In this document: positions 11,882 to 24,522 of the stretch, piece by piece
How the letters are laid out: each line of letters starts with the position of its first letter
Numbering within the stretch: the first letter of the stretch is position 1
Assembly (NCBI RefSeq): GCF_001194135.2
Contig: NC_068990.1
Location: forward strand, 14,515,997 to 14,579,996
Direction: 5' to 3'
Length of the DNA: 64,000 nt
From: Octopus bimaculoides
Lineage: Eukaryota
Translations under genes and position numbers: made by a program
Notes under the pieces: model-generated
Database searches by the model: none
The model's input: only the letters and a program-made list of their open reading frames with translations
What the model was told of the DNA's origin: nothing

Positions 11882-12654
11882 CTGAAAAATTTATTGTTAT
11901 ATTTAGTTTGCTTACATTTTTTTCTCTAGATAAAAAAAAAGTAATCAGAAAACATATCTAATAGCATATGACAAAAATATCAACAACTTCTAAGACATTA
12001 GAGTCTTTAAATTAAGCAGTGATATATATATAATATATTTTTTGTTCACTCTGATGAAGCTCCATGTTCCAGATCAGATGTGTTGCAAAATATGATGAAC
12101 ATTATTCTCAGAATTTTCAATGGCAACACCAAGAAACATTGGAAGCAGAAACAGCTGTTAGATGGGATAAAGTCTTTGTATTAAAATATCAGGTAATTTC
12201 TCTGTCTTAAACGAAACAGAAGCAATATATTCCTAAATACTAATATATATAAAGATGGGTTGGTCATGGATAAACTATATTTTATCATATACCTGCTTGA
12301 ACATGGTTTTCCTGAGACTAAAGAACAATAATAAAAATAATATAATTCACCAACATTGCTGGATGAATTTCAGCTCTTACTGATATATTTTTGTGTTTTC
12401 TTTAATACTGTATGTCTATAAGATAGACTATCTTTAGAGAAATACTGTTGTTCATCAGGCTTTCAAGAATATGCCTGCTTTAAGTATGATACACAGATGG
12501 CTATTTTAAATTATTGTTGCTTCTGTCACACATAACAAATTTTCACACATAAAATTTTAGTGTATCATATTTGAAAGGCATTAAAACTTTTACACTGAAA
12601 ACAAGTCACGAACATTGTTTAACAAACGGATAAAAAAAAACGAGAAATACTTAC

Positions 12655-12693
12655 TGGTGGTGGTGTAGACATTTGTGCGGGTAACTGGTGTAG
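12655..12693 (-). CDS. Exon 30: short PTS exon
   Basis: attatag|...|gtaagt; TPVTRTNVYTTT; phase 1/1 (symmetric, so inclusion is not forced by frame). Confidence 0.7.
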
Positions 12694-12896
12694 CTATAAT
12701 ATAAATATAACAATTAAATCAATTAATATTGTCATCAGAAGCTCATTATTATCAGTATCATACAAGTGAGGGCTTATATCTTTGGTGATCAGGGTGGTTG
12801 GGAATCTGCAAGGTTCCTCAATTGGCACCAATTAGAGGCTCTCATGCATTAGGACTACATCAACCATTTATACACATATTTTGTATACTATGTATG

Positions 12897-13240
12897 TGGA
12901 GGTGCAATGGCCCAGTGGTTAGGGCAGAAGACTTGCGGTTTTGATTCCCAGACCGGGCATTGAGAGTGTTTATTGAGCAAAATCGCCTAAAGCTCCACGA
13001 GGCTCCGGCTGTACTCTTTCACCACAACTTTCTCTCACTCTTTCTTCCTGTTTCTGTTGTACCTGTATTTCAAAGGGCCAGCCTTGTCACACTCTGTGTC
13101 ATGCTGAATCTCCCGAGAACTACATTAAGGGTACACGTGTCTGTAGAGTGCTCAGCCACTTGCATGTTAATTTCACGAGCAGGCTGTTCCGTTGATCGGA
13201 TCGACTGGAACATACATTGCCGTAACCGATGGAGTATCTC
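12897..13240 (+). mobile_element. SINE family C with internal deletions
   Basis: ggtgcaatggcccagtggttaggg...gattcccagaccggg...gttccgttgatcggatcgactgg. Confidence 0.85.
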
Positions 13241-13321
13241 GTTATGCTATGTATATTTTTCATCTCGTCTCCCCTTTCTTTCCTGTCATCTTTTATGTAA
13301 CCTCACACATATTGTAAACCA

Positions 13322-13912
13322 GCAGAATCAGTAGCATGCCAGACAAAATGCTTTCTTCTGGTTTTGTTCTGAGTTCAAATTCTGCCAAGGCCAACTTTAC
13401 ATTCCGTCCTTTTGGGGGTCAATGAAATAGGTATCGCTTGAGTATAGGGGTTGATGTAATTGATTATCCCCTTCCCACAAAATTTCAGGCCCTTTGCCTA
13501 TAGTAGAAAGGATCATCTGGCAGAATAATCACCATGCCAGAAAAATTGCTTGGCAGCATTTCTTCTGACTTTACATTCTGAGTTCAAATTCCACCAGAGC
13601 TGGCCTCTTCTTTCATCCTTTCTGCTTTGATAAAATAAATACTAGTTGTGCACTGCTGGGGTTGATGTAATCAATTTAGCCCATCCCCCAAAATTGCTGG
13701 CATTGTGCCAAAATTTGAAGCCATAGTTATTGTCATTATTGTGATTAGGGGTTAGTTGATACTATCAACCCCAGTGTTTGACTGGTAGTTTATTTTATTA
13801 ACCCCAAAAGGATGAAAGGTGAAATTGAGCTCAGCAGGATTTGAGCTTAGAACATAAGAGTTGGAACAAATACTAACAGGTCAGATGCTCTACTGATTTT
13901 GCTAATCTACCA
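13322..13912. mobile_element. Cluster of three SINE family A copies (two +, one -)
   Basis: 13322-13515 +, 13518-13725 +, 13740-13912 -. Confidence 0.75.
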
Positions 13913-14511
13913 CTAGAGTGTATGTCAGTCTTAAAATTTTATTCTAAATGTCACAGATTATGAAGCAAATTAGTCAATTTTTATGTACTAACCAAGTCAA
14001 GATGATCAAATTTTAAGAATCTAGAAAAATTTCATCATAGTGTTTTTTTTATTGGGGATGGGGAATGTAAGAACCTGTTTTCACTTAAATTTGTTCAAAT
14101 ATCAGCTCATTAACTCCTTTAGCACCAACCAACCTGAGACCACCCTTAGTGGATTGTACGTAATTAAATTAAAATTTTAATTAAAACATCTGTCAAAATA
14201 TATAATTACAGCATGAATTATACCATGAGGTTTCCGTTTGTCAACACCAGTATAATATGCGCAGATATATAAAGTTACAGATATTTTACTAAACCCTTTC
14301 ATTATGCTTTGAAGATTTTTGGAAATCTGAAATACATAGGCCATCTAATCATGAGAAATAATGTCACAAAAGACATTTGTACATATTTAAAATGCACATA
14401 TACACACTTACACAGATGCACGCATACACACACATGTACATATAAATGTTACAGGCATTTTATTAATCGCTTTGAAAACCATTATTATGAAAACTTATTA
14501 AAATGCACACA

Positions 14512-14726
14512 CTCTCTTTACTCTTTTACTTGTTTCAGTCATTTGACTGCGGCCATGCTGGAGTACTGCCTTTAGTCGAGGAAATCGACCCCAGGACTTA
14601 TTCTCTGTAAACATAGTACTTACTCTATCGGTTTCTTTTGCCGAACTGCTGAGTTACGAGGATGCAAACACACCAGTATTGGTTGTCAAGCGATGTTGGG
14701 GGGACAAACACAAACACACAAACACG

Positions 14727-14766
<40 letters not shown>

Positions 14767-14900
14767 ACGGGCTTCTTTCAGTTTCCGTCTACCACATCCA
14801 CTCACAAGGCTTTGGTCAGCCCGAGGTACCACACAGTGGGACTGAACCCAGAACCATGTGACTGGTAAGCAAGCTACTTACCACACAACCACTCCTTTCA
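14512..14900 (-). mobile_element. SINE family B, near full length
   Basis: Collinear with the 37741-38155 copy. Confidence 0.85.
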
Positions 14901-15131
14901 TTAAATGTATGTGCCAAGAAAGAGCACAGACTCTTCTAAGGAAACAAATGCTACTCAATCAACGAAATAGAATCCTGAACTCCTTAATTGCTATATGAAA
15001 TATATCCAATGATTAAAACTGATCTATATTGCATGAGATGATAAAGCATTTTTATCCAATGATAGCAATAAGATGCATGACATTTTAGCAACTGCAACAA
15101 AATGAATGTGAAAAATTCAAGAATTACTCAC

Positions 15132-15183
15132 TTAAAGCCACGCATTGGCAACATTCCTTGTCACGGATCACAAGAGTTTCATT
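15132..15183 (-). CDS. Exon 29: VWC-like end
   Basis: ttaacag|...|gtgagt; NETLVIRDKECCQCVAL; phase 0/1. Confidence 0.88.
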
Positions 15184-16317
15184 CTGTTAAAAATAAATAG
15201 TAAGTATTATAAAGGGATATCCAATTGCAGCTTTCAAACTTCTTAACTGCTGAATAACTTTTCTTCAGTATCAGTTTCTTGTCAGGTTGTAGGAGGGTGT
15301 ATATGAAATAAACAAGTATGCAAAGACATTGGATCAAGATTTTTAAGGTTGTTTCTACAGATATTCAACAGAAACTATAACCAGCACTGATTTTTGCTAC
15401 AACGTTTTGTATCAAGACATTACATATAAACAAGCAATGGGATCAGAGACGAAAGTGGGTAATGAGTGTATATGCCATATTTGGGGTGGGGGGTGGGGGT
15501 GTTGCCCCTTCATCAGCACCCATCTAACCCATTCTTGTCTCCGAGTACATTGCTTATACAGCCACCACATACAGCAGTGTTAAGTTATTGGATATACCAA
15601 TTTACATATTAGACGCATTCCTGGAACTGGCATGTAAACATTAAAAGTTTGTAAGTACGTGGCACTTTGTTATGCAAACACAAAATACAATGAAGTATAC
15701 TAAATGTTTTTAGTAAGTCAGTACCACGTCCTACTGTGTCAGCAGTGCTTGTTACAAACCTTTAATTGGATCAAGAATTCAAATATATATAAGACAAATA
15801 TGGTAACATAAGCATTAATCATAGGCAGCGAGCTGGCAGAAGTTTTAGCTTGCTATGAAATGCCTTGTGGTATTTCATCCATCCTTATGTTCTGAGTTCA
15901 AATTCTGCCAAGGCTGACTTTGCCGTTCAACCTTTCAGGATTGATGAAATAAGTATTAATTGAGCACTGGGATCGATGTAATCAACTTAATTACTCTCGG
16001 GTAAGAGTATAAAAAAATTGCACCCCTCTGCCAAGCTATGTTGAACCAGTGTGGCAGAGTAAGATCATCAAAGAAATATGATCTGAAGCTGAAATTTATG
16101 GCCATCAGACTGTGGTTGGTGGAGAGAACATGCTGAGGCTCTCATCCTGCAGTGGACTGAACATAAGCAATCTAGTCCAATCCAAAGCATTAATCATATG
16201 TCAGTTTGATCAGAATTGACTTAGAACAATACAACAAGGGTCTAATGATGGTGAGGTGAAGACAGATGAGAAAAATTATTAAAACTTTAATCAGACACTG
16301 CTTAATAATTCACTTCT

Positions 16318-16545
16318 TTAAACCTTTAGCATTTAAACCAGCCATATCTGGTCAAAATATTCTGCCTGTTTTTTGTTAAGACCAGCCAGATCTGGCCTCT
16401 CACACTGACCTAAAAATATCATCCTGAAAACCTAACATTTATATCATTAAATTTTCAAAGCTATGTGATAATGCATGACTAATTCAAAACAATTTGAATA
16501 ATAGCAATTACATTTCACACAATAATCTGAATGTTAAAGAGTTAT
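16318..16545. mobile_element. piggyBac-like MITE (TTAA-CCCTTT termini), copy 1 of a tandem pair
   Basis: (ttaa)cctttagcatttaaaccagccatatc...tctgaatgttaaagagtta; family recurs at 16604, 31970, 36457, 37654 and 42900. Confidence 0.7.
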
Positions 16546-16603
16546 GTTGTAAATAATACTTCTTTAAGAATAATACTTCTGAAAGAAGAATTATTGAAAG
16601 ACC

Positions 16604-16822
16604 TTAACTCTTTAACATTTAAACTAGCCATATCAGGCCCAAATATTCTACCTGTTTTATGCTTAAACTGACCAGATCTGGCATTTCACACCTATCCTAC
16701 TGTCATTCTAAAAATAAACAATCACGTTATCAACATTCCATGGCTATGAGATAACGCTTGAATAAAGGTGAATAAATAAGCATTACTTTTGACATTTGCA
16801 ATCTGAATGCTGAAGGGTTTAG
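16604..16822. mobile_element. piggyBac-like MITE, copy 2 of the tandem pair
   Basis: ttaactctttaacatttaaactagccatatc...ctgaatgctgaagggttta. Confidence 0.7.
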
Positions 16823-16998
16823 CAACAGGTGATATTAATTTTGTAACAGTGAACTAGACCACAATTCATGTAACACTAAATATAAGATTTGATAAAATCA
16901 CTCTTTACATTGCTGTTATTTGCTTTACCAGTCCCAATCAAGAAAAATGAAAGGCAAACATAATTCAGGCAACATTTGAGCTCATAAATATTACTTAC

Positions 16999-17141
16999 AT
17001 CTGCACACTTCTTGTTACAAGCAGGTACTCTTTGAAATTCTCCATCAATGCATATTTCATTGAAGCACTCGTTCAATATGCGAGTTTCATTCTCAATACA
17101 ACGGAGTGGGGTAGTTGTTCTGGGAGTTGGTGTGGTGGTTT
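16999..17141 (-). CDS. Exon 28: Thr linker and short VWC-like module
   Basis: caatag|...|gtaagt; TTTPTPRTTTPLRCIENETRILNECFNEICIDGEFQRVPACNKKCAD; phase 1/0. Confidence 0.88.
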
Positions 17142-17375
17142 CTATTGAAAGAAAATAATATTATAAACAAATACATGAGTGCAAGTGCGTGTGTGTATGC
17201 ATCATTATTGTCGCTTTAACATCCAATTTTCAATGCTCAAGAAAACCTACCCACATAGTAGAATTGTTATCCTAAAATCAATTGAGCACTGGGGTCAATG
17301 TAATCAACTTAATTACTGTCAGGTAAGAGAGTAAAAAATTGCACCCCTCTGCCAAGCCATGTTGAGCCAGTGTGG

Positions 17376-17432
<57 letters not shown>

Positions 17433-17994
17433 TGTGTGTGTGTGTGTGTTTGTGTGTGTGCACATGTATACATGTGAGAGAGCAGCACACGCCATCAAAA
17501 TGACATTGGGGTGCAAATGTACAAAACCCAATATAACCATCATGACTACCCGTCTGAAAAGGGTACACCATATGTATGCAGTCGGTTAGGTTACCAATAA
17601 TCTGTCCATGCTTGGTAGTAAGGCGGGTGCTTTTTGTTGGACAGCCTGCAAGAGGAAAAGCAAAACCCATCAAAGGCTGGATGAACTCAGTAGTCAATAA
17701 CCATCCAACAGCTGGGAATGAGAGTCTGCTGGTCTATGTTTAGACATTTCTTTTGGAAATCTCTGACATAACACTTGCAATTTAATTAGTTTGCAACAAT
17801 GTAAATTAGTTCTTTTGGGGCAAATGTATACATCGTTCAGAGAGTGGGATTGGCCCCATGCAAGGTCTTTCCTCAGTTTAATAAGCTTCAGGTACAGGCA
17901 TCACTTGATTTTTAACATTTCTCTTATATGATTCATACTATGGCTGGACAGAGCTGAAAAAAGCAAAAGGCTCAATGAAGATATGTGTCAGCAT

Positions 17995-18049
17995 GGGTGG
18001 TAAACTCCCTTCAGGGTGGTAAGCTCCCTTCAGGGTGGTAAGCTCCCTT
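17995..18049. repeat. 19-bp minisatellite x~3
   Basis: gggtggtaa(a/g)ctcccttca. Confidence 0.9.
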
Positions 18050-18321
18050 GATACCTGATTCAAGAAGCACCCATCATTACCATATCTGTGCAAAAGTGTA
18101 CAGGTGCATAGCAGGACTAAAAAGCCTTGTATGTGCTGCTCTTGCTTCAGAGAACAATGAAGAGAAGGACTTGCTTGAAATCAAGATGTATGTATGTATG
18201 TATGTATGTACGTATGTATGTATGTATGTGTCATCTTTATCATCATTTAACGTTTGTTTGCCATGCTGGCATGGGTTGGATGGTTTGACAGAAGCTGGCA
18301 AACCAGAGGATTGCATGAATC

Positions 18322-18750
18322 TATACTGACTGTTTGGTATGGTTTTTACACCTGGATGCCCTTCCTAATACCAATCACTTTACAGAGAAGATAAGGTGCA
18401 TTTCACGTGGTACCAGTACCAGTGAGATCTATATGGATATGGCTTTCATGGCTAGATGCCCTTACTAAAGTCAATCACTTTGCAGAGTGAACTGGGTATG
18501 TTTTATGTGACAGCAGCACTGGTAAGATCTATTTTGGTATGGTTTCCACAGCTGAATGCCCTTCCTAATGCCAAACACTTTACAGAATGTATTGGGTGTG
18601 TTTTACATGGCACCAATACTGGCACGGTCTGTTCTGGCATAGTTTCCATGACTGGATGCTCTTCCTCACATCATCCACTTTACAGAGTGGACTGAGTGCT
18701 TTTCACATGGCACCAACTTTGGTGAAGTCTGTTTGGCTTAGTTTTCACTG
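18322..18750. repeat. Degenerate ~98-bp tandem array (~4.5 units) derived from family D
   Basis: Recurring gatctat..ggtatggtt...ggatgcccttcctaa...cactttacagag...ggcacca. Confidence 0.8.
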
Positions 18751-19018
18751 ATGTACAACTGTGATGGCCAAATAATTTTAATTGCCAATTATTTAATTAA
18801 TTCTAGTCAATACCAAACATTCATTTTTAAATACAGCTTACATTCTGATTCAATTGCAATCAAGGATTGACTTATGAAGCAGAATTTAATACAACTCAGC
18901 AATGAAGGACTTATTTAGATATCTTATTGTTATCAGCCAACATGGGAAAGAGGTAAGAGAAAATAATAACATAACAAGATATTTTGAATTTTTGAATAAA
19001 AGGTAAGTCTATACACAC

Positions 19019-19178
19019 CATGTTCACTACAGATATAGGGTTCAACAGCTGTGAGTTTAGATGGTTCATCTGATTGCATTGGTATTATCATAATTTTCAT
19101 TCGGCGAGCAACAACACCATCCCCATTATTAAATGTAATTGTTGTAGTTAATCTGCCATCCTCTGGTTCTGTGATGAC
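19019..19178 (-). CDS. Exon 27: discoidin-like domain 2, C-terminal part
   Basis: ttttcag|...|gtgtgt; VITEPEDGRLTTTITFNNGDGVVARRMKIMIIP...VEPYICSEH; phase 0/1. Confidence 0.85.
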
Positions 19179-19872
19179 CTGAAAAAGTAATTGTTCCAAG
19201 ATTATAATTTTTATCATCCTTTTTTAACGTCCACATATTGATGCTTGTATGAGTCAAATACAGCTTAGTGAGGAAAATTTTCTATGGTCAGATGCCCCTG
19301 CTGTTGCCAACTTTTCCAAGCACCGTAGTATTTCTCACAGCAAGACGTGTTTGTTCAGGATATTGGAAAGGACTAATACTGCTTGTATGACAGTGACACT
19401 CATTTACAACTATCATGCAATGTCAAGAAGAGGAGAGACGAACAAACATACATACATACATACATACATACATACAAACAAACAAACAAACAAGTGATCT
19501 AAACGATTAGGTATGCTAGATAAGTGGAAGATGTCTAGTTGGTTAATGCGTCATCAATAGGGTAGAGAGTAGTAAGAATGGCAGCTTTATAGATTTGTAC
19601 TTTGCTGTCAAGTTCGATGCGTCTTTCATTCTATAGGTGATGACAGAATTTGCCAAATGCGTTGGTTGCCTTTGCAAGACAGTTAATGATTTCATCATCA
19701 AGGGAAGCACTCAAATTCACTTTACTACCAAGATATGTAAATGACTTCACATAATTTTGGTTTTTCTCATTAACCTGATGCATAATAAAGTCGATATAAG
19801 AGAGATAATAGCCAAAGAGATATTAGATATGGGTAGTCTAAAACTTTGCTGTTAGCTAAAATGCAAGAAATA

Positions 19873-21169
19873 TTAGGTTGTCAAGAAATTTCTTGCAGTT
19901 TTTAACCTTTAAATTCAGATACACATATCTCGGCTCAAACAAAACTTTATTAAACGAAATAAACACCATCAGAATCAACACACTTTTGCCAACGTGAAAC
20001 AAGTTTATTTATGCCAGTAGCATAAAAATCCTGTGTTCTGGTGGCGATGAAGTCGTTGAAGGCGTGTTTGGCATCGTCTTGGTTTTTGAAGCATTTCTCA
20101 TGCAGGAAGTTGTCGAGATGCTTGAAAAAGTGGTAGTCGGTAGGCAAGAGGCCTGGTGAGTATGGTGGATGAGGCAGAGTTTCCTAACCCAATCCGTTCA
20201 ACTTCTGAAGGGTCAGTTGTGCGATGTGTGGCCGAGCATTGTCGTGGAGAAGAATGGGTCCTTTTCTATTGACCAATGCTGGCTGTTGTTGTCGGAGTTT
20301 CTTATGCATTTCATCCATTTGCTGACAGTACTTCTCCACCGTAATGGTTTCGCCTGGATCCAAAAAGCTGTGATGGATGAGACCAGCTGCAGACCACCAA
20401 ACAGTTACCATGACCTTCTTTTGGTGCAACTTTGGCTTCGGGAAGTACCGTGGAACTTTGTTGGCATTCAACCACTGACACTGAACTGAGTGTCGCCAGT
20501 TGCCGTAAAGAATCCACTTTTCATCGCAAGTCACAATACGGTCAAGAAATGGATCGTTCTTGTTGCATAAAAGAAGGGAAGATGACACTTCAAAACGGTG
20601 TTTTTTTTTTTTGGTTGTCGTTCAATTTGTGTGGCACCCATTTCTCAAGTATTTTTGTTTTACCAATCTCTTTCAAGTGGTTGAAAATTGTCGTATACGT
20701 TACGTCTGATTCAGAAGCAAGCTCTCGAACAGTTGTGCGTGGATTGGCTTCGACTAAGGCTCTTAGTTGATCATTGTCAACATCCGATGGTCGACCACTA
20801 CGCTTATCATCTTCAAGACTCTCGACACCGCTACAAAATTTCTTCAACCACCATTGTGCTGTACGTTCATTAGTGGTTCCTGGGTCAAATGCATCATTGA
20901 TATCGCAAGCTGTTTCAGCAGCTTTTCAGCCTAACTTGAACTGGAATAAGAAAATTATTTGAATTTGCTTTTTGTCCATATTGTATTCAAGTTTCTGGAA
21001 AAAAATGGTCTAATTATTCAAAAAGACAAAGAGTAACACGATTAGATGCAGTGAAAAATGGGCTTTAAAATTATATAAAAAGCCAAAGTAATTTAATGAA
21101 AATTAATTTGAAAATACATCATTTAAAATCAAAATTTAAAATTCCGCAAGAACTTTTTTGACAAACTAA
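19873..21169 (-). mobile_element. Full-length decayed mariner (cecropia subfamily / Hsmar1-like)
   Basis: ~1.3 kb; imperfect ~28-bp TIRs (ttaggttgtcaagaaatttcttgcag / rc ttagtttgtcaaaaaagttcttgcgg); TA on both flanks (19871-72, 21170-71); transposase remnants inside. Confidence 0.93.
19950..20979 (-). pseudogene. Mariner DD34D transposase pseudogene
   Basis: MDKKQIQIIFLFQFKLG*KAAET..., WVPHKL, TCDEKW, HDNARPH, YSPGLLPTDYHFF; in-frame TGA and at least 2 frameshifts (ORF pieces 20590-20847, 20184-20588, 19950-20147). Confidence 0.92.
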
Positions 21170-21786
21170 TAGATGCCCAACTGTAAAGGGAGGATTTAAG
21201 ACTAAAGAATTAAGAATTAAGGTTTACAATGATAATATAAGAGGTATGGTATAATGTGATATAAATAGAGGATAAAAGATATAGAAGGAAATAGATACTA
21301 ATAAGATAAGATAAATTAATGTAAAAAATAAAAATATAAAGGATAGAAGAGGCACGTAAATAAATAAATAAATAAATAATTTAAAATTACCAATCAAAAC
21401 CTTAAAATGAGAGTAACGCTTAGAAATAAAATAAAACAAAATATGATAAAATAAAATAAAATAAAATCAGAATTTAATTTGGGGAGACAACAGGCCAAAG
21501 GGTTCTTATGTATAGACAGAGTATTTGATGCAGGTCAATATCAGTAAACGTGGTAAATCAGGTGTTATAAATATCATGTGTTGATTTTCTTTGTATTTAG
21601 ACCAATGGAAGAACTTAAAAGACTTGAAGAATTTGTTTGCGAACACAAATTCTTCAAGTCCTTTAAGTTCTTCCAAAGACATTCAGCTACAACAATTTGA
21701 ATTTATTTTTCAAACTTGATAGCATTAGTAGTCAAATAAATCATATAAAAAAAGAATATTTAACATATGTGCAATGAAATACTTAC

Positions 21787-22154
21787 AACTTGTTTTGCAG
21801 CATAAAATTTTTCATCACCAAATGCTACTTTGATTTGTCTTATACGTGAGGCACTATACTTTAGTTTGACCCAAGTAACATCCTTTTTGGCAGATATTTC
21901 AATCGACTGGTCTTCATTCGTGCGTCCAATAACCCAAGATTTATTGCTATAAAATGCATCTATGGCATCTTCATTTGAAGATTTCATAATAAATTCTGTT
22001 CCAAAGTCTTTTAATGCTATCAGTTCTTCAGTACATGAGATGCTGTCACACTCACTCGTTTCAATGATGCATTCATTTGGACACAAGGGATCTTCATAAG
22101 TTCCATTAATTACTGTACAGTTTCTCTTGTAGGGAACATTTGGAGTTGTTGACT
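21787..22154 (-). CDS. Exon 26: Cys-rich segment and degenerate discoidin-like domain 2, N-terminal part
   Basis: ttttag|...|gtaagt; STTPNVPYKRNCTVINGTYEDPLCPNEC...CTEELIAL...SWVIG...IEISAKK; phase 1/0. Confidence 0.88.
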
Positions 22155-23202
22155 CTAAAAGTAAAAACAAAATAAAATAGAAATTTAATGAGAATAAAAT
22201 TGTTTTATCATCACCATCATCGTCATTTAATGTTTGTTTTCTCTGCTGGCATGGATTGGACAATTTGACAAGAGCTAGATAGAGGGCAGTACCAAGCTTA
22301 ATTATCTATTTTGTCACGGTTTCAACAGCTGGATGCCCTTCCCAATACCAACCACTTTACAGAGTGTACAGGGTGCTTTTTTTTTTGTGGCACCAGTACC
22401 AGTGGGAGCCACAAAATATATTGTGAATTTGCTTGTGGGGCTTGAATGCCACATCTGCTATAAGCCATATGCCTGTATTTGATTAATATTCATTAAATGA
22501 GATAAGTTTAAGTGTTGTGAGAACAAGTAAGGTCTGATATTTTAGGCAGAGCTCTTTGAATTAAAAAGTGAAAATGCATACTTTTCTTACAAATTTTATT
22601 TTTTGTTTTTTCTGCTGATTCAGACAGTTATTTATTTTTTAATTATATTTCAAACTTTAACACATCAAACTAGTACCCACATCAAGTGAACTAACTGTGA
22701 GTTTTTTTTTTTTTTTGTTTTTTTTTGTTTTTTTATCAAAACAACTAAAACACAACCAAAATTTAAGTGCAGCATTTTTCTGTTCTGAAATCCTCACTCT
22801 GACATTATACTTCTCTTCAGAGAACTGATAGTTCATTTTGCTGTATTCCCTTTCAAAGACAGAATTGGTTGGATGGTTCAACAAATCAGAAGATTTTGTT
22901 ATGTTTTTTTAAGCTAATGTTTAAAACATAAAACCTTCAATCAAAATTTCATGTTATTTCAATCACTTTAAAACTAGAAATTTATGTCGTTGAACCAAGG
23001 ACAGTTTCAGAGATGTTGGTATGAAATGAGTTAACACAATGGTGCTACCAAGTATTGAACTTATGTCAAAGACTTGTTTTCAAGTAGATATTTTTCCCAA
23101 AACCTACAGCACTAAAAATAGAAGATATTAAAATGAACTTTTACTAAGATCTCTTGCAGTTAACAATACAATATAAAACAAATCGGCTTTAACAAAACTT
23201 AC

Positions 23203-23260
23203 GGATTTGTACACATTCACAGCACCTGTCTTCGTTCTCGTAGAGATTTAGATAAAATCC
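23203..23260 (-). CDS. Exon 25: VWC-like end
   Basis: atttcag|...|gtaagt; GFYLNLYENEDRCCECVQI; phase 0/1. Confidence 0.88.
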
Positions 23261-24131
23261 CTGAAATAAATTTGTTTTAAATTTGTAGATTTATTGTGAA
23301 AGTTAATGAAGAGAGAATAGGATTATTGAAACAATGCCATTGAAAACCTGAATCATTAACAACATTGAAATATCATCTAAATGCAACACATTTAAATTCT
23401 TTTCATAATCAAAATCATTAACTAACCTTTTCCAACCAAGGATAGTTATTCTAGTATCAGATATTTGAAATTACTAAATGACTAGTGGATTACAATTCTA
23501 TCTTTTTTTTATGACAAACCAATAGTATTCTTTTGCATATTTTTAATGTGTCAAATATATTTTCTTTCGTACATACTTCTATATTATATATCATTTATTT
23601 TAAAGTAATCTTTGACATTTGCTTCTTTTCACTTTACTAATGATTAATTAGAAGTGTGACAAACTATCATACCTTATCTTTTCAATCTTTTATTTCGGGA
23701 TGGTCATTTGGGGTGGGGGTGGCAACTAAACCACATGCACTGTATTTTTTTCTTCACTTGTTTATTACTGTTCTTATTTTACTATTCTGACTTGTGTCCA
23801 CTGTCTGGAAATCTTTCGTCACACATCTGTGACCTCTTCAGTGACACTTTTCGTTTTTGTGTGTAAGTGGAGCAAGAACACACAGGAAAATGGAAAGTGT
23901 CACTAAAGAGGTCACAGATGTGTGACAAAAGATTTCTAGACAATGGACATGAGTTAAAATAATAAGATAAGAACAGTAATAAATGAGTGAAGAAAAAAAT
24001 GTATAGTGTGTGTGTTTATTTGGCGAAAAAAAAATGACCATCCTGAAATACAACAATATCGGTTTCAACACACGATTCCACATCAGGAATCTTGCAACAC
24101 AAATTGATAGCCATATATATATATATATAAA

Positions 24132-24470
24132 GGGTAAAGACCCCCTTCAGTCATGAATGAACAAGGGATTGCACCTAGAAAGTTACTCTCCAAGGCACAT
24201 GTCCAGGCAAGGTTGTTTGTGGAAGACCAGCAGTCACCCATGCATAACAGCCTTCCCTTTCCACACCACTGATTTGGTCCAAAGGAAAGGCAAAGACCAA
24301 TACAGCTTGGCACCGGTGATGTCACAACTTCACAACTTATTTCTACAGCTGAGTGCACTGGAGCAATGTGAAATAAAGTGTCTTGCTCAACAACACAACA
24401 CACAGCCTGGTTTAGTAATTGAACTCATGACTGTGAGCTCAATGCTCTAACTACTGAGCCATGCACTTTC
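24132..24470 (-). mobile_element. tRNA-derived SINE family F
   Basis: Minus: gcatggctcagtagttagag...gagttcaatt...ttgagcaagacactttatttcac...tctttacccttta. Confidence 0.7.
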
Positions 24471-24483
24471 TTTACATATATAA

Positions 24484-24522
<39 letters not shown>

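Noticed and set aside
15400-15510. Another CTGATGA...aaacgtt hammerhead-like pattern on the minus strand
   Set aside because: GAAA box broken and no stem I or stem II pairing
22657-22884. 75-aa ORF on the gene strand
   Set aside because: No usable acceptor or frame, and exon 25 joins exon 26 directly in phase
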